A DNA stretch of 61,296 bases from Candidatus Thorarchaeota archaeon (GCA_029855935.1 JAGSHN010000028.1:1-61296), one strand, 5' to 3'. Counted from the first letter of the stretch, positions 20,901-29,283 are shown. Numbers and translations: made by a program. Notes: generated from the sequence alone by a model not told the origin.

Positions 20901-23900
20901 TGACTACAGCCTCACAGAGAATGTGGTGATTCTTCCACCGCCTCAATACTCTCAGAGGTACACAGAGATCTCATCGTCGGCCGGGTTTGAGGAAACCTAC
21001 TGGTACAAAAACTTCACCTTCTACTTTGACTACTATAACCTGACCTCGACCCTATCAGGTCCGCCGGAACAGAAAAACATCACATATGATGCCACCTCGT
21101 GGATTCACATAGGCATATACGACGGTCCAACGTTGGTGGGACAACTCACGTGGACAACAAGCGCCTCTCTGTACATCGACCAGCTCTATCCGCCGTATGG
21201 TTGGGAGTTCAGAGCAACGGTCGATCCGGCACACTGGAAACTCAACGCGAGTGCCAGTCCCTACAAGCTCGTGATATCTGCCCACACGGACGGCTACGAC
21301 GACCCGCAGCAGTTTGTGCTCTACCTGACCGTGAAGGAGGCGCTCACGAGCTTTGGTTCTGATACGCAGCTCGCGTTCACAGAGCAGTACAAGAACTGCA
21401 CTGACCACACATTCTGGCTTGAGGATCTCTCCAACGGGGACTTGGGCAATATCACCGCACTGACCGTCTACAACTACAGCATTCGGTCAGGGTTGACCAC
21501 CATCAGGTCGGGCTATCTCGTCAACAACACCGACGGTACTTTCACGCTACCGTCCTCCGCGCTGGACGGGCTGCCTGTGGGCACCTACACAATCACCATA
21601 GCGCTGGATGCGCCCAACTTCCAGGGTGCCGAGCAGGACTTCACACTGACAATTGTGGAGCTGCCTATGAAGACAGTCATCACATCTGCGGCCGACTATA
21701 ACTGGGCACCACTGGCTCACGCATTCACCTTCCAGTATCTCATTGCCAACGACACCAATCCCTCGCTGGCAGACATCACTGTGGTTGTGCGCTGGATCAA
21801 TCCCTCGACTGGCGAGGTCGCAGTGACTCAGGAGCAGACTCTGACTCCGCTGGCGGGCCAGTACATCTACACATTTGATCGGGACATTGTGCCTGTAGGT
21901 ACGTGGCAGGTCAACATAACCTGCTCAAAGGACAACTACGCTGCTGCCACTGGCGTAGAAACGACACTCATAGTGTCCGAGGCTCCGACAACGCTGACTG
22001 CCACTGGTGGTGTAGACACAGTCACAGTCGATTGGGGCCAGCAGGCGACCTTTGACATCTACTATGAGCGAGTTGAGGACAGTGCTGCACTGACTGGCGC
22101 CTCATCCACGGACAACTGGACCGTGTCCATCATAATCCGCGACAATGGTGATGGCCACTACTCTATCACAGCCGACACCAATCTGGCGGCGGGTACATAC
22201 GTCCTCAGGGTGACTCTGGCACTGGACAATCATCAGAGCCAGACGATTGATCTGACGGTGGTCATCAGAGTGCCTCTCCAGATAGTCTCACCGTACAGTT
22301 CTGCAGAGAATCCGCTGGAGACCTACTGGACGCACAACTTCACGGTACGGGTCACACTGCTCGATATGTCAAGGACCAACACCACGATTGACGGTGCGAC
22401 TGTTACCTACAACTGGTACCTCGAGTACGTCGTTGATCAGCAGGGATCGCTGAGCGGTCTCGGCAACGGCGTGTATGAGGTGACCCTTGATGCCCACGAC
22501 GCGCTGCCAATGTCCGATCTGTACTCCGTCACAGTAAGTGCAAGTATGACTGGAGCCACACCGACCACAATCACTGTGTTCGTACGTATCAATGCAGTGC
22601 CGAACAGAATCGTCCTCCCTCAGAACTATTTCGAGCAGTACTATGCCGACAACTTTAGTGTCACATACTACTGGGAGAACACGTTGGACAACACGTCGAT
22701 CACAGAGGTCGACACGGCGACGATAATGGTGCTGGGTCTTGGTGTCAATATCACAACAGGCGTCAACCTTGGCAACGGCTGGTACAACTTCACGGTGGAC
22801 ACACGTGCGCTCGGAATGACTGCTAAGGAGCAGGGAACTGTCTACGTCATCCGAATCATTATGGAGCGAGCTGGGTATGAGGCGCACGAGCTCACGGCAG
22901 TCATTGTGTTCGTGAGAGAGACTCCGACTGCGCTCATCATCGATGAGATTGGCCCCGTGAACTGGAGCGACTCCTTCACAGTGACGGCACACCTGTGGGA
23001 CACCGCTCACAACGTGCTCATTGATGGACCCGCATCGGTCACGCTGACCGCCATCGGCAGTGACTACTCAGTGACGCTCAATAATGATGGCACGGGGACC
23101 TTCACGTGGACCATCGACTCTGACCTGTGGTTCAACGGTACGACCACCTACGTCCTCAGCCTGGAGTACACACTGGCGAACTACGTTGATGGTGCCAATG
23201 CCACAACGGTCTACATCGCGCCAGTGCCTGCAGTGATTACTCCTGACGTCACACAGCAGGACTCGATAACCCTGACCTGGGGCGAGGAGTTCTCTGTCCG
23301 CGTCAACGTGAATCAGGCGTACAAGTCACTCAGCTCGCCGATCGACAACCTGCCTGTGACATATCACTGGCAGGGGACGGCGGTCTCCGGCGCATTCGCT
23401 GGCATTGGGAACGGGGCCTACTTGGTCACCGTCAATAGCAGTGAGGTCGTGGCGGGTGTCTACACGCTCGTTGTGACGGCCTCGAACCTCAACTACACCT
23501 TCGTGGAGTGGAGCATGGCGGTCAATGTGAGCCCGGTGCCCACTGAGCTCGTGGCGAGCGAGACCGAGCTGAGCGGCGTCCACGGTGGTGCGAGCTTCAC
23601 AGTCTACGTGACCTACAGAATCGCGGCTGGCGCCGCACACGCTGGGCGTATTCTGGTGGCGGACTCAGCCTTCTCGGACTTCGCGGGAGGCCAGACAGGC
23701 ACTTGGGATGAGACGCAGCAGGCCTACAAATTCATCATCGACCCCTCTGCTGTCGACCCGTCGCTCGTGCCTGGCGACATCGTCGTAACAATCTCCGCCC
23801 AGTTGACCAACTACTCTCAGGCGACGGTACGGATAACGTTGCACGTCATCGCTGATACGTCCGTATCCATCTCGAACGTCCAAGTGGAGATTGACAAATC

Positions 23901-25005
23901 AACGACTCTGTACGTCAGCTATCGCGATGAGACCCACGGTACTATGGTACCCTTCGACGCAGTCACATCGATAACGCTGACCACGCCCAACAAGGTGTTC
24001 ACCAAGGACGACTTCCGCGTCGCTGATGACGGTCGGTACTATGTCGTCATCACCGCCTCTGACATAGGTCCAATCAGCAGTGATGCGTATCAGGTCACCC
24101 TGAGCATCGAGGCCAACGGCTACCGGGCCTGGTCCGACGTGGCGGGTGAGGTGCGCGTGATTGAGACTCAGTATCAGATACTCGGCTACAGGATTCCTCA
24201 GTCACAGATATTCCTGATGCTCTTCATGAGCGCAATCTTCATTGGGGCGGTCGCCATAACGGTGGCTGTCCGCAGGTGGAGAATTCCGTACCAGATCAAG
24301 CAGATCAACAAGGCTGTGAAGGCCATTGAGTCGGGCAAGCGCGCCTCCGTCGAGAACATCAAGACTATGGGCCAGGTGATATCGGAGCTTCTCGCTCCAG
24401 GCCTAGCCGAGCTCGACCTGCCCGCACCGACGCTTGAGGTGGTCCGAGAGGAGGGTCTTGAGGAGGTCTTCTCCGAGGAGACAGAGGAGCTGCTCGACGA
24501 GCTTGACGCACTGCACGCCATTGGCGGTGAAGAAGAGGCGCCATCGGAGGCGGCAATAGAGGAGGAGCTCCTGGCCGAGCTTGAGCGCGAGACTGAGGCG
24601 GCTCAGGCCGAGGAGGCACCTTCCGAGCCGGAGAAGGCCGAGACTCCTGAGGAGGCCCACGAGGAGTCATCCCCTCCCGAAGCGCCTGAGACTGAGAGGA
24701 TGCCCGAACAGGAGGCGGAGCAGGAAGCCGAGGAACAGGCGACAGAGGAGCCTACACAGGCCGAACCGGACGAGTCTGCAGAAGAGACGGGAGAGACTGA
24801 GGATGTCGAGGGGCCCCACGACGAATCGGGGCCTGACGAACAGGGTGACCTGTCCTCCTCTTCCGACACGGGTGAGACAGAGCCTGAGTCTGATGAGGAC
24901 TCCTCTGATGTGACCTATGAGCGGTCAGATGCAGACATCGAGTCTGAGGCAGAGACAGAAACGGGGGAGAGAGAGTTTGATGATACCTCACCAGATAATG
25001 AGTGA
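17941..25005 (+). CDS. Giant single-pass cell-surface protein (2354 aa): signal peptide, DUF2341-like start, beta-sandwich/Ig-like repeats, TM, acidic cytoplasmic tail
   Basis: Hydrophobic N-terminus; WWNSTFVYRRYLNIT; V.D..G.PV.GATV..TN..G repeats; GNG.Y repeats; many NxS/T sequons; TM at about 24208-24270; E-rich tail. Confidence 0.85.
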   Translation: MRLSRLVFISIMGALMLLPLLGGGGGVSQSGYSPVTVPGPTINQGPVQVAGSAQDAASWWNSTFVYRRYLNITEPGVSGRTLTPIHLYLTFDSGHCHRDSIRVMYYDNPGWRALPFQVWNTTYDATGNYILSTRVSFMVNVSLGATEQNYYIYYSKDYVGTVSYPDFYPFVYKTYTYSVLNLISYYDGNNYVVEMWDSSNKIWDDPRNVDTRWASDTGIIQSGTVTNVPYGTLNRYEVIRIEPNTNYDNNAFLGFYRIRSNYPLAVTAGSGHKNSNPALNDWYPNVDEFGNGLGTRFLIGGVSGFDSYYEGKYWIQAQQNGTKVWVWTASESLDTGWYFYNGTAVSSWPARLYAGEYISKKKVNYQTVLMANSTKPVAVRSGDVDAAYSRDIMGLYPAVTGRLVGEEFYTIDMGHSRDRTRITNVGSASATVTVYRNSGSGWTQIASQTISAGGHYDISPGVASDSNPEDVLHIVASSGARLYVEGIYNPNSITDHGDWIPTVNGYRFGLEFKVWGGTYGKIFLYAWENAEVTISGPNGATLYIPAGGATFFVPISSSPALYTVTSNTTIGVVRAARFSSSSPYGPSGDQGYGWMVPSYAPERDEVGLTYVASIERHLFEFDITVVDLDGAPVQGATVTLYWPNGTLWVDEQGRNRTDVTNSAGLVIFEGLNNITYEIHSSIDAATWLTTSYTHLWVTDESNHTITSSVTPVTITLKMASVYIHLDDLNGNSMDDTPDEDVYMRLCEGTNPNVYVHHAQTNSTGWLVFPRVPQNSYNLYARYAGPEQYNLFDYDTISLHASWSIDSSEFAGGSVVHSDWVLPLVTVQVHVYSWDNRGVHDAHVDLNVTPDNVNYIHVMTEVTDSDGDVTFTRMLNGTWAFNVWRYDDFNQKTWNNSVVANVQAPTTLNINLRLTSLIVKVITSNNPVVGATVSVLIDNQTLLAVGQTNSSGYVTFSWIRANMTSPLNYTYSVNVTKGNQANWTWVDADYSLTENVVILPPPQYSQRYTEISSSAGFEETYWYKNFTFYFDYYNLTSTLSGPPEQKNITYDATSWIHIGIYDGPTLVGQLTWTTSASLYIDQLYPPYGWEFRATVDPAHWKLNASASPYKLVISAHTDGYDDPQQFVLYLTVKEALTSFGSDTQLAFTEQYKNCTDHTFWLEDLSNGDLGNITALTVYNYSIRSGLTTIRSGYLVNNTDGTFTLPSSALDGLPVGTYTITIALDAPNFQGAEQDFTLTIVELPMKTVITSAADYNWAPLAHAFTFQYLIANDTNPSLADITVVVRWINPSTGEVAVTQEQTLTPLAGQYIYTFDRDIVPVGTWQVNITCSKDNYAAATGVETTLIVSEAPTTLTATGGVDTVTVDWGQQATFDIYYERVEDSAALTGASSTDNWTVSIIIRDNGDGHYSITADTNLAAGTYVLRVTLALDNHQSQTIDLTVVIRVPLQIVSPYSSAENPLETYWTHNFTVRVTLLDMSRTNTTIDGATVTYNWYLEYVVDQQGSLSGLGNGVYEVTLDAHDALPMSDLYSVTVSASMTGATPTTITVFVRINAVPNRIVLPQNYFEQYYADNFSVTYYWENTLDNTSITEVDTATIMVLGLGVNITTGVNLGNGWYNFTVDTRALGMTAKEQGTVYVIRIIMERAGYEAHELTAVIVFVRETPTALIIDEIGPVNWSDSFTVTAHLWDTAHNVLIDGPASVTLTAIGSDYSVTLNNDGTGTFTWTIDSDLWFNGTTTYVLSLEYTLANYVDGANATTVYIAPVPAVITPDVTQQDSITLTWGEEFSVRVNVNQAYKSLSSPIDNLPVTYHWQGTAVSGAFAGIGNGAYLVTVNSSEVVAGVYTLVVTASNLNYTFVEWSMAVNVSPVPTELVASETELSGVHGGASFTVYVTYRIAAGAAHAGRILVADSAFSDFAGGQTGTWDETQQAYKFIIDPSAVDPSLVPGDIVVTISAQLTNYSQATVRITLHVIADTSVSISNVQVEIDKSTTLYVSYRDETHGTMVPFDAVTSITLTTPNKVFTKDDFRVADDGRYYVVITASDIGPISSDAYQVTLSIEANGYRAWSDVAGEVRVIETQYQILGYRIPQSQIFLMLFMSAIFIGAVAITVAVRRWRIPYQIKQINKAVKAIESGKRASVENIKTMGQVISELLAPGLAELDLPAPTLEVVREEGLEEVFSEETEELLDELDALHAIGGEEEAPSEAAIEEELLAELERETEAAQAEEAPSEPEKAETPEEAHEESSPPEAPETERMPEQEAEQEAEEQATEEPTQAEPDESAEETGETEDVEGPHDESGPDEQGDLSSSSDTGETEPESDEDSSDVTYERSDADIESEAETETGEREFDDTSPDNE

Positions 25006-25110
25006 GACTCCTGTGTGCCACAGGGCCGACCAGCCCCGTGCTACACGGGGGGCCCTCTCCCTCCTCTCGGGGCTGTGCAACGGGTCACAAGGATTGGGAG
25101 GTCTGATGAG

Positions 25111-25992
25111 ATGATTCGAGAGATACACGTGTACCGCGACGGAGATCTACTGTTCTCCGACGTGATAGTCCCCAATCACGACCTCGACACAAAGGCGGTG
25201 ATGATGCTCGTTGCGTCATCGGCGAAGAAGCTGCCCGAGTGGAAGATTGACAGTATGGAGATAGAGCGCTTCAGGTACGTCTATATGAACTCCCATGACA
25301 CCCAGTTCATCATCACCACTGACCGGCAGGCCTCCGTGCAGAAGGCCACTGAGGCACTCATGCAGATGGTCTCGAAGTTCATGACGGCGTTCGAGCGTGT
25401 CCTGGAGAGCGACGACTGGAAGACGACGGACTTTTCGCCCTTCACAGCGGGTTTCCGTTCCATCGTGAGCCGCGTCCCGGTGAAGGTGTGTCTTGCAGGT
25501 CACGGAGGTACTGGCAAGACGACTCTTCTTGAGCTTGCAACCCTGCCCTCCCAGGCCCCGCCACAGGAGTACGTGCCGACCTTCTTCGGTGACAAGGCGC
25601 TCCTGAAGGCCGACTTTGGCCCCTACGTCTTCAGTATCTTTGATCTCGGTGGCCAGGACCGCTTCGTCCAAGAGTGGGGCAAGATAATCCGTGCTGGCAG
25701 CATTGTCGTGATAGTGACCGACTCAACGAGGGAGAACATCGCGTGGACCCGACGCGTTGCCTATCCTGTGCTAAAGAACGAGCTGCCGTACGCACGGGCC
25801 ATTGCAATTGCCAACAAACAGGATCTTCCGGGCGCGCTGTCACCAGAGGAGGTTGGAAAACGACTTGGTGTGCCCGCCTACGGAATGCAGGCCAACAGGC
25901 GTGAGTTCCGTGACAGGTGGCTCCAGCTACTCAAGGGTGTGGCCTTTGAGGAGATTGACTTCAAAGTGGTAGGGGAGATAGAGGTGGAGTGA
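25111..25992 (+). CDS. Longin domain-Arf-like small GTPase fusion
   Basis: G1 GHGGTGKT, G2 YVPT, G3 DLGGQ, G4 NKQD; N-terminal ~120 aa with longin-like pattern MIREIHVYRDGDLLFS..FRYVY..QFIITTD. GGAGGT SD before ATG 25111. Confidence 0.85.
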   Translation: MIREIHVYRDGDLLFSDVIVPNHDLDTKAVMMLVASSAKKLPEWKIDSMEIERFRYVYMNSHDTQFIITTDRQASVQKATEALMQMVSKFMTAFERVLESDDWKTTDFSPFTAGFRSIVSRVPVKVCLAGHGGTGKTTLLELATLPSQAPPQEYVPTFFGDKALLKADFGPYVFSIFDLGGQDRFVQEWGKIIRAGSIVVIVTDSTRENIAWTRRVAYPVLKNELPYARAIAIANKQDLPGALSPEEVGKRLGVPAYGMQANRREFRDRWLQLLKGVAFEEIDFKVVGEIEVE

Positions 25993-25993
25993 T

Positions 25994-26557
25994 ATGTCTG
26001 ATGCGAGGGACAAGATGAAGAGTGTGATTGATGAGGAAGAGCGAAAGCGGCTCATCTCAGAGATCAGCCGTATCAAGGACATTCTCGACAGCTTCAAGTA
26101 CGGTCTGAATTTCGAGGACTTTGCTGAGGAGCTGTTCAAGACCATTGACCGACAGACCCGCGTGATAAAGAAGCTCGATGAGACGATGCGGGACATCATC
26201 GATCGGCTCGAGCGACTTGAGGCCGAGTTCAAAGAGGGCATCAAGGTCTTCGTGACAACCAGGACGGATTCGGGAGAAGGGGCGGTCGAGGAGGTCGTCA
26301 TTGGCGAGAAGAGGGAACAGGAAGAAACGGCCGAGGAGGCAGCCGCTCGCAAGACTAGAGAGGAGCTGACGGCCGAGGCGGCTGAGTTGAAGGCAAGAAT
26401 CGCCAAGCTCTTCGAGAAAGAGAATGAGTATCTCGAGATGGTTCTCAACGACCCTGCGGGCGCTGAAGAACACGAGCGCAAGGCTGAGGCCGCTCGAAAG
26501 ATGCGTCGTGAGGCAGAGGAACGTCTTGCCGAGATTGAGAGCCAACTTGAGGAGTGA
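25994..26557 (+). CDS. Hypothetical coiled-coil protein
   Basis: Charged heptad-like helices; starts 1 nt after the GTPase stop. Confidence 0.7.
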   Translation: MSDARDKMKSVIDEEERKRLISEISRIKDILDSFKYGLNFEDFAEELFKTIDRQTRVIKKLDETMRDIIDRLERLEAEFKEGIKVFVTTRTDSGEGAVEEVVIGEKREQEETAEEAAARKTREELTAEAAELKARIAKLFEKENEYLEMVLNDPAGAEEHERKAEAARKMRREAEERLAEIESQLEE

Positions 26558-26582
26558 CTGTCACGATTTGAGGTGATTCAGA

Positions 26583-26954
26583 ATGGGACTGTTTGATAGC
26601 TGGCGAAGAAAGAGGAGGCAAAAGATAGAGCGGAAACACATACGGTCTCGTGAGATACTGGCGCCGACGACTCCCGCGCCATCGGTTGCGCCGCGCGAGA
26701 TGGCTATTGCCCCCGAGCACGAGGAAGAGGTGGTGACCCTTGTTGCGGAGTACGAGCGTCTGGCGAAGCGCCGTGACGAACTCCAAAAAGAGCGTACCCG
26801 CCTCACTCTCGCACTCGACAGAGGGGAGATATCTGCCATCGAGTTCAGACGGGAGTTGATGTCGAGAATTCAAGAGGCCGCGCAGGTAGCCGACAGGTTG
26901 AAGGAGGTGGCAGCGCGTCTGACTGCCTTGGGCTACCGTGGGGTGCTTCACTAG
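26583..26954 (+). CDS. Small helical protein with steadiness-box/CdvA-like hairpin motif
   Basis: MGLFDSWRRKRR N-terminus; LTLALDRGEISAIEFRREL; GAGGTGA SD. Confidence 0.55.
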   Translation: MGLFDSWRRKRRQKIERKHIRSREILAPTTPAPSVAPREMAIAPEHEEEVVTLVAEYERLAKRRDELQKERTRLTLALDRGEISAIEFRRELMSRIQEAAQVADRLKEVAARLTALGYRGVLH

Positions 26955-28385
26955 TTGACGGATGACCCAGACTCTCGCAAGGAGGATCGGGAGACAAGAG
27001 CCTCCCCAGAGGACATCGAGGAGGAGACCCGCCGCCTGATGGAAAAGGCCTTGAGGACCGGGGCGGCGACTGTGGTAGCTGGCCCAACCGTTGGGGACGA
27101 GACGCAACCAGGTGCAACAAGAGTTCCCACCACCCTTGAGGAGACCTTTGACCGAATACGCGACCGGATGATTGACATCCTCGCCTCGGTCGAGGAGAGT
27201 CTTGCCAACGCCGAGCCCGCACTGCAGGAACAGGTCTCGGCTGCCACCGAGGAGATTGCCAAGAAGCTCAAGGCCTCTGGAATGGGTGTCTTCTACACGC
27301 GGATGATGTCTATCATTCGTAATGAGATTGCCTCGAGTCTGTCCCCTGAGGAGATTCTCAGGCCGGTGAGGGAGACCGTGGCAGAGGCCCGGGAGGAGGT
27401 CGCCGACATTGTCTCGAAGGTCAGTCGCGGTACACTCAAGGCCATTGCGAGGAGGCTGGGAAGACTGCAGTCTCGGGTCATACAGCTCTACGCGACCCTC
27501 CAGGAACGTGAACGACAGATAGAGGTTGCCCAGGCCAGTATATTCAAGCTACGCAGAAGGGTTGCGGAACTGGAGGAGCGGGTCAAGGACAAAGACTCGA
27601 GTATTGTTGCTCTCCGCAACGAGATTGAGGCACTCAGGCGCCAGATTGGCGGGCTCGAGCAGCAGCTTGAGGAGCGCGATGGTAGGATCTCGCAGCTGAC
27701 CAGCGAGCTTGCCCAGGCCCATTCTCAGATTGAGCAGCAGGCACAGATGATTGAGAAACTTGGTTCCGCTGAGGAGATTGTGGCGGACTACGAGGCGAAG
27801 CTTGCTCGGGTCTCTGAACTTGAGGGTGAGGTTGCCCGTCTGAAGTCCGAACTGAGGCGGCGGGATGAGATGATAGAGAGCCTGCGGCGCGAGGCCTCTG
27901 AGGCATATGAGTACTCACAGGCCTATGAGAAGAAGATTGACGAGCTAGTTCAGAGGGTGAACAGCCTGACCGGGGAGGTATCCTCACTACGCAGCGAGAA
28001 CGATTCTCTCAAGACGCAGATTGCAGAGCTGACGGCGCGATGGAATACCCTGTACCAGGTTGCAGAGGACGAGCCAGCCTTCAAGGCCTACTTCCTAGTT
28101 GCAGACAAGACACGCGGTGTTTCGCTGACACACTTGGCCCAAGCGCTCGGCATCCCGGCCGTGAGGCTTCGGGAGCAGCTGAAACGATTCATCGAGGTCG
28201 GTCTTGTCGAGATAGTTGATGGCAAGGTCAAGCCGCGAGCGCTGTCGGATGTGGCCCGTGATCTCCAGGGGCAAGAGGCCAAGATGATAGAGGAGGTCAG
28301 GGCCGAGATGGGCGACGATGCGGAGATTGTGCTTGAGGCATTCGACACCGACGAGTCACCCTTTGGCGATGCCACTGATGGGTAG
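26955..28385 (+). CDS. Long coiled-coil protein with C-terminal winged HTH
   Basis: About 200 aa of heptads, then VSLTHLAQALGIPAVRLREQLKRFIEVGLVEI; starts right after the upstream stop. Confidence 0.75.
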   Translation: MTDDPDSRKEDRETRASPEDIEEETRRLMEKALRTGAATVVAGPTVGDETQPGATRVPTTLEETFDRIRDRMIDILASVEESLANAEPALQEQVSAATEEIAKKLKASGMGVFYTRMMSIIRNEIASSLSPEEILRPVRETVAEAREEVADIVSKVSRGTLKAIARRLGRLQSRVIQLYATLQERERQIEVAQASIFKLRRRVAELEERVKDKDSSIVALRNEIEALRRQIGGLEQQLEERDGRISQLTSELAQAHSQIEQQAQMIEKLGSAEEIVADYEAKLARVSELEGEVARLKSELRRRDEMIESLRREASEAYEYSQAYEKKIDELVQRVNSLTGEVSSLRSENDSLKTQIAELTARWNTLYQVAEDEPAFKAYFLVADKTRGVSLTHLAQALGIPAVRLREQLKRFIEVGLVEIVDGKVKPRALSDVARDLQGQEAKMIEEVRAEMGDDAEIVLEAFDTDESPFGDATDG

Positions 28386-28465
28386 GGTGATGGAGACAGA
28401 GACGGCTGACCAGCAATGAGGGTCGAGACAACAGAACAGAAGAGAGACAGGGTGGTTGATGCCGG

Positions 28466-28807
28466 TTGACACAGCGACGCCCACTGAAAGAGGTAATGCG
28501 ATACCTGGAGAACTACACGCTGACATGGCACCACTGGCTGATAGTTCTCGCACTGCTGAAGCTCGGTGGTTCGGCCACCAAGGCCGATATCTTCCCGGTC
28601 TTCAAGAAGGAGGGCTTCTCTCCCCACGCCATCGAGGGGATATTCAAGCGAGACCTCATAGAGCTTGGAGAGGCAATCGAGCTTGAGGATGACGTAGAGG
28701 AGTTGAAGGACTCAACGCGGATAACGCTGAATGACAGTCCTCAGTTCAGGTCCTTCCTGAAGAGGCACCTCAAGTCGGTCATTCGTACTCTGAAGACCCG
28801 AAAGTGA
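28466..28807 (+). CDS. Small winged-helix-like protein
   Basis: LIVLALLKLGGSATKADIF pattern; typical codon usage. Confidence 0.55.
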   Translation: MTQRRPLKEVMRYLENYTLTWHHWLIVLALLKLGGSATKADIFPVFKKEGFSPHAIEGIFKRDLIELGEAIELEDDVEELKDSTRITLNDSPQFRSFLKRHLKSVIRTLKTRK

Positions 28808-28962
28808 GAGCTGACAGTGCTGATGCAACAGGTTCTGTCATCTGGGGGCGATTGAGACCCGCACAACTGGACCGTTGGGCCGATGCCGCGTGAGGGCCAC
28901 TACTCGTAATAGGTTGGCAACCCTTTTCTTGTCGGACGTTCTAGATTTGTTTGGCGAGCTGA

Positions 28963-29283
28963 ATGGGACTCACAGCGTCAATCTGTCCTGACTGCGAGAG
29001 GGCCGTCATTCCGTCTCGTGAGATCTGTCCCTACTGCGGGATCAGTGCAGGCCGGCAGAGAACAATCGAGATCAGTCCAGAGGGGACCGTTCTCAGTTAC
29101 TCGGTCCTTGAGATGCCTCCTGCGGGCTTTGAGCCTCCTGTGCTCATCGCGTTGATCGCTCTGGAGCACGACGCTACGGTTCTCTGCATAGGCGACAGAG
29201 CTGACATTGATACAATAGAGATTGACAGTCGGGTCATCGTCTATGTTGGTGACGATGGAAAATTCCACTTCCAGCTACGTTGA
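28963..29283 (+). CDS. DUF35 family Zn-ribbon/OB-fold protein
   Basis: CPDC..P.REICPYC, GTVLSYSV..PP.GF.PP. Confidence 0.85.
   Translation: MGLTASICPDCERAVIPSREICPYCGISAGRQRTIEISPEGTVLSYSVLEMPPAGFEPPVLIALIALEHDATVLCIGDRADIDTIEIDSRVIVYVGDDGKFHFQLR

Noticed and set aside
24400-25005. GAG-rich repetitive DNA
   Set aside because: Explained by the Glu-rich protein tail; there is no exact tandem unit.
25015-25110. N-terminal extension of the GTPase ORF
   Set aside because: The SD motif precedes ATG 25111 and the extension looks non-coding.
26583-26620. MG start as an N-myristoylation signal
   Set aside because: N-myristoyltransferase is not established in archaea. Treated as an amphipathic/basic segment instead.
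26955-28385. SMC/Rad50 ATPase
   Set aside because: No Walker A/B or signature motif.
16774-28807. Mobile element or provirus
   Set aside because: No integrase, capsid or terminal repeats, and codon style resembles the flanking genes.
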